DNA of 63,150 nucleotides, the filler included, from Reticulomyxa filosa (lineage: Eukaryota > Protista > Foraminifera): the NCBI GenBank assembly GCA_000512085.1. It is 22 parts of 22 records of this genome, joined end to end, with 100 filler letters (N's around TTAATTAATTAA, not from the genome) between each part and the next. Parts side by side here need not be neighbours in the genome. Positions count along the whole stretch, not along the records: positions 13,208 to 18,140 come from ASPP01036781.1; positions 18,241 to 19,916 come from ASPP01034481.1; positions 20,017 to 24,005 come from ASPP01007984.1; positions 24,106 to 25,262 come from ASPP01035996.1; 18 more parts are not named here. One strand, 5' to 3'. Numbering within the stretch: the first letter of the stretch is position 1; each line of letters opens with the position of its first letter. The position numbers and the translations under genes are program-made. The notes under the pieces were generated by a model. It was not told where the DNA came from. It saw only the letters and a list, made by a program, of their open reading frames with translations, and made no database searches. This document shows, one piece after another, positions 13,627 through 25,362 of the stretch.

Positions 13627-14597
13627 GTCAAGATTTATCAAAACTATTAATGGCGTTTTCTTGATTTGAAAAGGACATGTTGTTTTGTAACGTGTTTTCT
13701 GCAATCCATGTCAAGACAGTCGCTGTCTCTTCAAAGTTTTCATTGCAGTAGTTCCATGCCTGTAAAATGACTCCTTCCGCTACGTTGATGAAAAGTTGTT
13801 GAAGTCGGAAAGCATTGTGGATGATGAATTTAACTTCAAAATAAACCTTTTTTTTTTAAACATTTTTTAATGTTTATAACATTTTTTGTGCAATATCAAG
13901 TTTCCATGTTCCTGGAAAGTGTCATAAAAAAAAAGTTGCTAATAAATGAAATAGTTATACAATTTTTAGCATAGTCAAATATTTGAATATTCCATATTTT
14001 TGGACAAAAAAGGAAATAGTTTGAAAAAAAAAATCCACTTTGTAAATATCTTCAAGTTTTTAAGAAGTATTTTGGATTGAAACGTAATCAAACGTTGTAT
14101 TTTTATGATACATTGCAATGTAATGCTTTACTTGGAAGAATAAGCAAATATGATTGTATATAATTTTTCATTCAATGATTAATCATGCAGTTTAAACATT
14201 TGATGATCAATCATGCAGTTCCATTTTGATTTTGAAAATCTGCTTCAATTGCAACTTGATCCTTTGAATAAACATATCAAATGATAAATCAGTCAATACT
14301 TTTTAAGCGTTGCTTTTATTTTTTGAACATATATTTGAATGCGTAATTCTGTCAGTTTCAAAATTATATTTTGGACATGAACATTAATCCATTGTTCATT
14401 AAACATTTCATATTTTGGTTCTAGAAATTTTGCTGCCTACACCATATCGTTTTACCAATGCTGGCAATACATTCAAAATAAGCTGAAGAAGAGTTTTTTA
14501 ATATTTGATCTATTGTCTCAGTTGTATTTTTATAGCAAGAACAGCATTTTATTTTTGAGAAAGGGTGTCATCTCAAAAAAAAGTAGTTTCCAGTGAA

Positions 14598-16812
14598 AAT
14601 TCAAAAAAAAAAACTAACATGCAGAGTATATTCACCAACTATTTTGAGAATGAGATTGAATTACCCCAGCAATATGAGCAAACACAATGCATTTCATTTA
14701 ATGATGAGATACTCATTTGTGGTGGATTCAACAATCAAAAGTGCTATTCTTATCATACCACTAAAAGACAATATAAATACATTTGTTCTTATCCTGAAAA
14801 TATCGAATTAAAAGGCCATTGCGTTGTACAATTGGTACATTTACAAACAAGCCCAAATGAGTTGCATTTATTATCTTTTGGAGGCCAAGGTGCAAATATA
14901 AATAAAGCTACGTTTTCAATGGAATATAAAAGTGTATGGGAAAATAATGAAGTAAAAAGTGATAGTAATTCCAACACTTGGATTAAACAAGATAATGTTC
15001 ATACTATTGGAGAGCCAAAAGACGATCTAGAAGGTGTTCGTGCATTAATTGGTGGTTCAAAGAACAATCTATTGTTTATGATTTACTCCAGAAAAAACAT
15101 TAAAGTAATTGACTTGATAAATTGGAAGACAGTCTTAAAATGCAAAGTACAATTGAAGGATCGAACATATCTTTTTTGCTATACTTGCTTTGTTCATTTT
15201 ACAATAAATAATATAAATATAAATCGATTCATATTATTTTGCCAGGATGTAGGGATTGAAATACAATATGACGAAGAATGCAATAAACTTTCTTATAAAG
15301 AATTACAAAGTGGTTGGAATTTTAATAAGATATTTTTTTCATATGTTTGTCTTTATGACCATATACTTTTATTTGGAGGTGATGATATCACACAAGGTAA
15401 AAGGGTAAATACTATATATAAATATTCAATGAGAGATGATATATGGAAGAGATGAATGCTCAATTGCCAATTGCATTATCATTTTCTTTTGCAATCGTTA
15501 ATGGCCATGATAAAAAAATTCATATCATCGGTGGAGTTAACAATGATAACAAACAAATACATTGGGTTGCAGATGTAGTGAAAATCTATGGAACATCATC
15601 ATTACTGGGCATTGCACAAAGTTATGAAGTTGATATATTACAAAACGAATTAGTGAGATCAAAAAATGGATCGCCATATCCTCTAATTGTAAAAAGGAGA
15701 AGAATACAATCTCCAAATGAAAGATTTATAAAGAGATTTGAAAAGGAAAAAAAAGACATAGAAATTTTGGAAGATAAATACAAAAGATCAAATGATCAAA
15801 GTATTCCAGATGTGAATACCATGCATTGGTATGAACTTTGGAGCTGTAACGGACAATTTAAAGCAAGTGAAGCAAAATTATTGGATCGACTTCAAGATAT
15901 TTCGCAAGATATGACTACAGTACTTTTGCAACGAACAAATCTAAAAGTTTACTTTTATATACTTTTATTATTTGTAGTTAAAAATATATTATTTTGATAT
16001 ATAGAATGAAAGCGAAATTATATTAAAAGAATTAAATGAAATAAAGATTAGAAAAAACTCTATACAAGAACAAATAAACGTGGCATTTGTTAGCAAAGAA
16101 AAGCTTAAAAAGGAAATTGATGTATCAATATTAAAGTATATAGATTGTATGACAGAATATAATAACCTTTACAACATCCAAACTGATCTATCAAACGAAG
16201 AAGAATTAATACAAGAAAGAATGCGCTTATTAGATGAAATTTGTACATACGACGAGAATGTGTTTCATGAATTTGAGAAATTGAATAATACATTAAACTC
16301 ACTATTAGAAAATCATAGAAAGTTTTCTACAAGTTAAATTGGATGACTTGGGAAAAAGACTGGAAACATGGGTATCAGAAGATATTGCAAGTTTCGTTAG
16401 ATACAATTTAAATTTTACGACGACAGAATTACAAAGCTGCAAAAATATTATCGACGAAAAAAAAATTTGTGCAGGACAATTATTTGTCAATGAAATAGAC
16501 AACTGGAAGAACATACTTAATCTCAATGAAAGAACACAAGCTATTATTTTGAGTAATTCTTTGAAAAAAATTTTTGCAAAATATTATAGAAATAAATACA
16601 TCCCGAAAGAATTTTTGTGCGCATTATCCAATTTAATTATGTCTGATCCTGTAATTGCTTTAAATGGAACAACATATGATCGGCTATCAATTACAAACAA
16701 TTTTAGAGATATCACATGTTATCCTTCTTTGATGGAAGATGGAAAACTTATACTTATTCCAAATCATTTTTTAAAAAATAAAATTAAAGAATTTTTTGAA
16801 AGTACAAAATAA
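14598..16812 (+). CDS. Kelch-like beta-propeller + coiled coil + C-terminal U-box E3 ligase (two apparent frameshifts)
   Basis: Kelch repeats ILICGG..CYSYH, LLSFGG, ILLFGG..IYKYS..DDIW, IHIIGG. Intron ~15947-16005. U-box IPKEFLCALSNLIMSDPVIALNGTTYDRLSI...LIPNHFLKNKI. Frameshifts at ~15446 (missing G) and ~16325 (extra T). Confidence 0.85.
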
Positions 16813-16849
16813 TTTTATTATTTTATTTAAATATTAAAAAATTTTGTGT

Positions 16850-17045
16850 ATAATTTTTTTCATAGCCTGTAAGTAATTCAATTAAAAATATTACAAATCT
16901 TATTTTTGTAATTTGATAAGATGAATTAAATTCAATTTCATAATTCAATTCTTTGAAACAGTTGTTTAAAATTTTTACATTTGATGGATTAAAAATTAAT
17001 GGAAAAACAATAGAAGCAAATAATTTTTTTTCAATAATCATACTT
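16850..17045 (-). pseudogene. Caspase-like family relic
   Basis: VKILNNCFKELNYEIEFNSSYQITK aligns with VKNFKQLFEKELNYEFECNQFPQITK of the caspase-like ORF at 61972-62946. Confidence 0.55.
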
Positions 17046-19677
17046 GCAATTGTGGTGGACTGATAAAAACTATGTCGTAAAAGATGTCATTTTAATTTGT
17101 AAAGTCAGAAGAGTAAAAAATTGCTAAAAAATTGTTCTACTTTTTCTGTAATTCTAGTAAAACATGTTACTTTATCACAAAATTGCACTTCAAATATTTT
17201 TGAAAGTCTAACTTACAATTTTTTTAAATTGCCCACAAAGTAAAGTGAAAGCTATTTAGAATTTTTGTTGTTTAAAGAAGATAAAATAAATATGTTCAAC
17301 AATTGAAACAAATCATTTCTATCAAAATAAAAAAAAAAGTGTTCATTAATTGGTGTACAATAAAAATAGTTATTATTGCTCTAGTAAATAATACCGAAAT
17401 TAGTAGTTCTAATGTAATATGTTCTGAATCGTTGGGCGATACAATTTGTTTTAAAGATTCGATCAACAAAAAGGACTGTAATCTAAATTAAATTGTGAAA
17501 ATATAGCTTATTTCTTTCAAAAATTATCAACAAATGTTTATCGAATAATTTCTTAATGAAAGATTTATTCTTCATTAAAAACATAGCGAAGATGTTAAGG
17601 GGAAGAAGAAATTACTCATTTGAATAACAAGTTGCCTTCAAACTCTAAGAACAGATTTTTATTCGTCTATCCAAAATATTAAGGTATATTTTGATAAATT
17701 GTCTTAAAATATTATAATGACAAAAGATATGACAGCTACAAAAACGAAAGGTTGTTGTTTCTTAACACTGTTTATACAACTTTGTAAAAGCTCTTTTTTC
17801 TAGAGAAATAACAAATTCTTCAGCTTTTACCGAATGCTTGGATATTTTGTGATTTCAATGTAACTTGAAATTATATATTTTGTCAATTTTAATGCTTAAT
17901 GATGAAGCAGTATATATTAATTGAATTGTGCTTTTCATAAAAAGACAAATATCACAGCAAAAAATAAAACAATCCAATGTTTAAAATGAATAGATTGAAA
18001 AATAAAATGCAACTAACTTTCCATAGACCGTAATATAAACAAACACCATAAATCATCATTTGATTTTTGTTCATTATTTTTTTCTTTTTTGATGAGTTGG
18101 AACCGAAAGGGTTTGAATTCCGGGTTTTTAAAAACCCGGANNNNNNNNNNNNNNNNNNNNNNNNNNNNNNNNNNNNNNNNNNNNTTAATTAATTAANNNN
18201 NNNNNNNNNNNNNNNNNNNNNNNNNNNNNNNNNNNNNNNNCAGCAAGTACTCTCGATCCTGTGCCCTTAAAAAATCTATTGAGTAATTGTTCAAGTTTAA
18301 AGCATTCAGTATTTGAATAACCAATGTTATGCTTCATGACAATTTGATGATACATTAAATGGAATCTTTTGGCAAACGAACAACTCTATGTTTTGAATTT
18401 CCATTGGCTGATATGATACATTACCGTACACTTCAAACAATGCACACATTGCCAAAGATTTCCTTTTAACTGTTTTTTTCTACTTGATCACAAATTATAA
18501 CAGTCCTATTGTCAAATCACCAAAATTAGAATGATATTTTGTGTTAGACATTCCTGTGAAAACACACAAAAGTTTGCGCTGGGAAAAAAACAACAAACAA
18601 TGAAATAACCTCTTCAACGAACCAGAAAGTTCAGTGAGCTTGTGTCAGCCACTTCCAATCAAACAGATATATCCATACAAAATCGCATCCAATTGTCACA
18701 AAACTAACAATTGAAATGGAGTCCGTTCTCACCACACATTTACTAGACTCTTCAATTGTCTCAACTACTTTACAAATTTCATCAATTGAAACTATATTGA
18801 AGAAATAAACATGATATGAAGATTTCCATATATCATACAAAAAAAAAAGACGCACAGTAAAATCTGTAAAGAATATTATTGATTGTATGTAGAAACGTAG
18901 CCTTGCAAAAGAAAACTCATCGCAAATAATTCCAATTGAAATTTTCGAAAGATTAAAAAGTATTTGATAATATGCAATGTTTAACATTTCATAAAATACA
19001 TTTGATGTAACTTATTGATACTTTTTATTTAGAAATCTGAATTTGCAAGACACACATTCACAGCATAACAAAGCAAACAATTCAAAAGAGCATGAGCAAA
19101 AACAAATGAGTGATGGAGATTTGACAAATAATAGCATTATTGTGAGTATCTAATTTTTTGATCAAATGTATTTCAAAGTAATCTGTTGACGAACAACAGT
19201 ACTGGAAATACAAGAAGAGGGGCTTTCAAACTAAAGTCAATCTTACTGTACGTCAAAATGGCAGTTGTCATATCTTTTTTTTTCAAAGATACAGGAAATT
19301 ATTGTATAATAACAGCACTTTCTTCAAAAAAAAAAAAAAAAGGGAAAACAAAATATGACTCTAGTTTTTCAAGTAACAAATAGGCCTCAAATTGAACAAA
19401 AAAAATAATTTTGTATCAATTAGAGGAAGATCCTAACAAATAAAACTGTCTGATACAATTCAGCTTTTTCTTTCTTTCAAAGGAATGAGTATTTTATTCA
19501 TAATTCAAAAAAAACTGTGATCCTTGTCAATATTTTTATCTAACAGTTTATTGTTGAAAAACTTGTGATATATGTTGAAATTGCACAAAAAACTCTACAA
19601 GCTCAAACAAAAACTCTAAAAAATTTTAACCAAGCCCTTCATCAAAATTGTTCAACGTTTCAGAAAAAAAGGTCACC

Positions 19678-19916
19678 ATGGATGGCCAAATAGGGGCAAA
19701 AGAGGACCTTCTTGCACAAACTTCAAGTAGTAACGAAGAAAAAAACGACAACAGCAAAGCACAAAGTGAAAACGAACAATCAAATTCAATCAAACAAAAA
19801 CTGAAGCGATACTACCAATCACAAGATAAATTGGCTCCATTATTCGATGATCCTGAACAATCCATTGACACGTGCTACATTCGATTGGCCCTTTTGACTC
19901 AACAACAATTCCAACA
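19678..19916 (+). CDS. N-terminus of a NACHT/STAND NTPase family protein (truncated)
   Basis: LKRYYQSQDKLAPLFDDPEQSIDTCYIRLALL is the pre-NACHT 'I+..Y+.L.L' segment recalled from the expanded Reticulomyxa NACHT family. The P-loop would lie beyond the contig end and is not seen. Confidence 0.6.
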
Positions 19917-20016
19917 NNNNNNNNNNNNNNNNNNNNNNNNNNNNNNNNNNNNNNNNNNNNTTAATTAATTAANNNNNNNNNNNNNNNNNNNNNNNNNNNN
20001 NNNNNNNNNNNNNNNN

Positions 20017-21589
20017 CGTGTTCGTGTTCGTGTTCATGTTCATGTTCACTCGCCGGAAATGGGTCGTTGTTTCGTTGATCGCTGGACACGTATCCTCCAC
20101 TCTGCTCAAAGTCAGACACGCCAAATCGAAAGATTGCTTTATATTGATATTTGCATATTTTGTATGTATGCATACATACATACAAAATATATATATACAT
20201 ATATATGTGTATATGTATATAATACATATAATAATAATAACAATAATAATAATAATAATTCCCCCTTTCCATACCTGTGGGGCATCGAATCTTCCTCCAT
20301 TCAATGACTTTGGAGGAAACTGTCTTGGAAATTGACGAATCGCAAAAGACATCAACTTGACCGTTCGCAAAGGCTCAAAGAAGTGATAGCCGAGAATGTT
20401 GATGGAAGACACGTTGTCATTGGACAATCGTGTTTGAGATAATGCGCCTTTGGTGGCACTGGTACATACCACTTCCCCTCCACAGACATGGCCACACATT
20501 TTTTTGCACAAGTCTACGCAAGTGCCGGAATACTTGACGTCAAACACTTGCATTTCCTCGACAATCAGCGATTCTTTCTGGTCATCAAATGGGTTCACAT
20601 CTTTTCCGACCCTTCCACTGTGAAGACATACGCCTACTCGTAATCCATTGAAGCTGTCTATTTGCACGTGTCAAATGTATATGAAAAAAAACAGGGGGAG
20701 GGGGGGGGGGACATGTCATAAATAATTGTGTTCTTAAATTATACCCCAAAAAATTTATATAAATATACATACATAAATGTATATATGTATAAAATAAATC
20801 AACTTGCGGGCTGTCCAGCATATTGAATATTTTGACTATGTTCATACTCAAAATAAAAAGAGGGCCACGAAGCAGAAAACAAATTTTCTTGAATCGCAAT
20901 GGCACATTGCACTGCTTTATGTACATCCCCAAACACGATCAAATAGTCATATAATTGTTCTTGCGTCGATTTTTCGACTACAAAACCATTCCATACTGTC
21001 ACACTCTTTTCTATCACTTCGTCGTGAATACTCATCAATCGGGTCATTTGCTCATTGCTCAACCCGCTCGACAACTGCTGTTTATTCTCTATGCATGTGC
21101 TTAAAAAAGTCAGGTCGGGCCCTTTGGGAGGTCTCACTTTTGTTATATCCGTCAATGACTTTTGTTTCTAAAGTTATTGCCATATTTTTTTTTTTTTTTA
21201 TTTCATATTGTTATGCATACGTATATATATCCTTTTTTTTTTTTTTTTTATGCATAACATTACATTATATACCATTTTTTTAAAAAAATGATATATTAAA
21301 CTCAATCAATCTCAACTGTTCGCATGTTTCGTTGATTACTCGACAGTTGTGACACATTTGATGGTATATTTGTTTTCGAGCGTGAGTGACTAGATTCTGT
21401 TCTTTTCCTGTTTTTCAGAGATGGCTGTGCTAATAACAGGAATGGATTGTCTTCTCTCGATCTTTTATCACTTTCGTTATTTTCCATTCCTGGTGGTTGT
21501 AGCACAAACGGATTAGTTTCATCTTCTTCATCCAGGTCAAGTGAATTTGCATCGTCATTGTCATTTTCCATTGTCTCTTTCGCCTGCAT
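20017..21589 (-). CDS. Class III adenylate/guanylate cyclase-like protein with a degenerate active site; multi-exon, 3' truncated
   Basis: PPKGPDLTFLSTCIEN...MSIHDEVI...GFVVEK...LIVFGDVHKAVQCAIAIQENL...WP; FNGLRVGVCLHSG; KYSGTCVDLCKKMCGHVCGGEV. Follows the protist receptor-cyclase catalytic-domain pattern. Confidence 0.8.
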
Positions 21590-22216
21590 TTCTTTTTTAA
21601 CTTCAAACTTTTTCTTTGTTCCACCACTTTTTTCTGCAAAGAGAAAAAATTATGAAGAAAACCTTTGCACTCTTCCAAATTTCTGTATTTTGACAAAAAA
21701 TTCAGTTTGAAAAATTAAAAATGCTTGTTCAAATTAAAACTGATTTTATCTGATAAAATTACACTGCTGATGCAAACAATACACTTTGGACATTTCTAGA
21801 CACATTTACGATTTTCTATGTGGTGAACATGTTCATTGAATTTGTGTTGGTTTATGTTAAAATGTTATATTATTTGTTTTTTTAATTTTATTTTTAAGTA
21901 CTTTTTATAGAAGTTATTCTTATTTCCTTTTATTATTTAGAAATTGTAAACAAAATGCGAACAATTTGAGTGTTAATATTGTAGGAAGTTTACACAAGTT
22001 TGCATAGTAATAATATATGTATATCCGTTCATGTGAGACAACAGAATTTGAGCTATCAGTTCTTATATTTAAAACTTGTTTTCTCTCAATGAATGTTTAT
22101 TCATAGTTCAAATTTGTTAACTTCTAAAGTATCGAGTTTTTGAAGTACCTTCTCCTTTTTTTGAGGTCACTCTTAAAGAGAAAACACTGTTAAATTCTAA
22201 ACTTTGCTGAAAATAA

Positions 22217-22726
22217 ATGAGCGAACAGCCAATCACTAACGTTTTATTTCAACATCAAATTGGCAGTCTGGTGGAAGGACCAAAAGGTAACGAAGGTGAA
22301 GTAGTTGGAATCACAAGATATCATGCACTAGTAAAATTTGACAACAATGCCTTCGGATGGTTCGACCGCAAAAGATTAAAAATAGTTTAATATTGTCAAA
22401 AAAAGTCTTGACAATTTTGTTTTATCTTAATTATGACTCCGAATTTTCACTCAAAAATATTAATAGAAATATTTTTGGAGGGATTTCCTTTCTTGTTGTC
22501 CGGTACCAAATTGTCCCAATCCAGAAGTATCGTATTGGAGTCATCCTGGTGGTGACTACTTTGACTATTCGAAAGACAGACCTTCAGATGGATATCGAGT
22601 ACAGATAAACGAAAAGGAGAGCTGAGATGTAATGGCTGCGACGATGTAATAATGCCAATTAACGAGTGGGGATTTGTTTGTCCAAATCATGGAGGAGATG
22701 AAAAGAAGCCAACTCAAGTTATATAA
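22217..22726 (+). CDS. Small two-exon protein: SH3/KOW/Tudor-like beta-barrel + Cys/His Zn-binding domain (not in the ORF track)
   Basis: Exon 1 (22217-22384): MSEQ...IGSLVEGPKGNEGEVVGITRYHALVKFDNNAFGWFDRKRLKI. Phase-0 GT-AG intron 22385-22466. Exon 2: FLSCCPVPNCPNPEVSYWSH...QINE(K)GELRCNGC...INEWGFVCPNH, needing one extra A at 22612-22615. Confidence 0.7.
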
Positions 22727-25362
22727 ACCTTTTCATAAATATGAATTTTCACCTTTTCAATATTTTGCGATATGGTAAAATAATAAAAAGGATAAATTAA
22801 ATTGTAGTGGCTCTGACATTTTTAAATGTGTTCTCATCGAAAGTGACCACTCAAGAGGTATTTTTGTAAAACAAGATACCAAAATGAAAGCAATAAAAGA
22901 TGCAACACGAAAAATCTTTGATGCTATAGATTGTGAATTGACTTCTTTTGCTGGAATGGATAATGTAAGTTGAAAAATTTGTTTTTAACACATCTTCTCT
23001 TTTATAATAAACTTGAGATTTAATGAATATGTGCTTATCACAGAAAACATTGAAAGAATGTGGTATCACCTGCTCATTTACATTTAATGTTAGCATTACA
23101 AAGAAGACATAATTGGTAAGAAATTCTATTTTATTAGTTGACTTGGTTTGCTTTTTTTTTTCCAAGGATATCAGAAATAAACAATATTGTGATTAATAAC
23201 ATAGACAAAGCAATAAAATAACAAGCGCAAAAGTTGTTGCAAAAACAGAGCCATTTGGTTTTTCATCAAACTAACATTTGTGCTTGAATGTGTTTGCCAA
23301 TTATTTTTTAAAATTTTTGATTCATTAAATTAAAACAAGCTTTTCAAAATTTTTTTTCACGTGAACGATAAAAATTTACTTTTTCCAAAAATAGGTAAAA
23401 GTGAAAGAAAAAAACTGTTACAAAATGAAAGTCTTTTTGAAAAAGCAAATTATATAATCCAACAAAAGTGTCAATGTCCGATATTTTAATTTCAACATGT
23501 CGTATATCTGTATACATGCAGGGACAAAGTCTTGACACACCAAATTGCACTTTATGAAGATTTTTTTATTTTCTTTGCAAATTTGGCTTTTTTTTGCACT
23601 GTTTTTGATTGCAATTTTTTTGTTTGGATTAGTAATCGTAATTAAAAAATATTTGAAGATTTAAATTTTTTTAAATTAAAATCTTTTTTGGGTTTTTTAC
23701 GCATTAATTTATGTTAGACTGTAAGTCTTTAATAAATGCAAAAGAGAAATATTGAATTTTATAATTAAAAATTGTGATAATTAAAATAATTACATTTCTT
23801 TGAAGCTTTAAGTTTTTGAGTTTTCTAGGCTTTTGAAAAACATCAAAGTAATAAAAAAATAAAACAATCAGTTGCCACGTCAAAAAATGATAAAAAATTG
23901 TCCGGTATTGTAGGTTAGCTCCTTTGAGAAAAATCATATTCTTTTATTCCAGTTTATTGCATCATTAGTAAAATTTGAATCATTCGGCATACAAAGTGAA
24001 TAAACNNNNNNNNNNNNNNNNNNNNNNNNNNNNNNNNNNNNNNNNNNNNTTAATTAATTAANNNNNNNNNNNNNNNNNNNNNNNNNNNNNNNNNNNNNNN
24101 NNNNNATGACAGAACATTGTTTGAGAAAAGTAATCTCACATATACAACACATTTATGTGACTTTTTATATTTTATTGAAGAGCCCTTTTTGTTGTTATGT
24201 CCAAATTCACAAATACAAACAAAAGATCACTGAGTTAAACTCTTTTTTGCAACAACAAGAAATGATTATTAAATTTTAGATACAAAAAACCATTTATTTT
24301 CTTTTAAAAAATGAAAATTATAAATTTGTTGAATTGTACAACAAGGGATTTCAAACAAACGTCCACATAGAACATTTGTGTTCGTTTTGTTATGTTATAT
24401 GAAATAAATGTAATTCACAGAACAAATTCCACATTATTTCAAATATTTCAAAAAACACTTGATGTCAATTGCTTCTCATCTTTGCTGTTATTCAAAAAAT
24501 ATTGGAAAAAACAGTGCAAGCAATAATTGCAAAAGAAATGCAATTCATTTCAATGCATAATAAACTTAAATAATGTGTATCTCTTTGTCGCAACTACAAT
24601 ACTTACATTGATAACTCTAGAATGGTATCCACCCCCTCTTCTTTTGTTATTAATTTGCTCTTATTTTTTATTGAAATTGTCACAAACTTTAAAAATAAAT
24701 AATCACTTCATGAAGGAGAGTTTCATGTTTCCCTTTTTTTTTAAACAAAACTTTTTTTTGGAGAAAAAAAAAAACTCTTCGTCATAATAAAAAGGATTAT
24801 GTTGGCCTTGAATGTGGAAAGAGATGAAAAAAACCCAGAACACGAAAAAGAAACATTTTCCAGTTCTGGTTGTTATGACAAAGACTGGATGTTAATTATT
24901 GCTACGTTGTAATTGATTTTTATTGGAAAAAAGAATACTTACATTCTTGATTACAAAATCACGATAAACGACATCATATAACAATTTTCTGTATTTTTTT
25001 GAATTAGATGACATAACAAATTTCTCTCACGAGAAGGAAAACATGATCTATTATTATCACTGCAATATAAAAATATATCATACTTTCTTTACAATCATTG
25101 TCTCTCAATTTGGTTGCATTTTTAATATATCCTTTTTAACCGTTGTTTATTTTAATCAATATGTAAGTCATTCCATTGAAAATATGCAACTAAATATGGT
25201 TATATCAAATCACTTTCATGAGAAAATTAATAAATGTATTAATTCATATACCGATATGCATGNNNNNNNNNNNNNNNNNNNNNNNNNNNNNNNNNNNNNN
25301 NNNNNNTTAATTAATTAANNNNNNNNNNNNNNNNNNNNNNNNNNNNNNNNNNNNNNNNNNNN

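Noticed and set aside
17300-17770. Small GTPase pseudogene (KIVII... ...KGCCFL)
   Set aside because: No P-loop, DxxG or NKxD motif recoverable.
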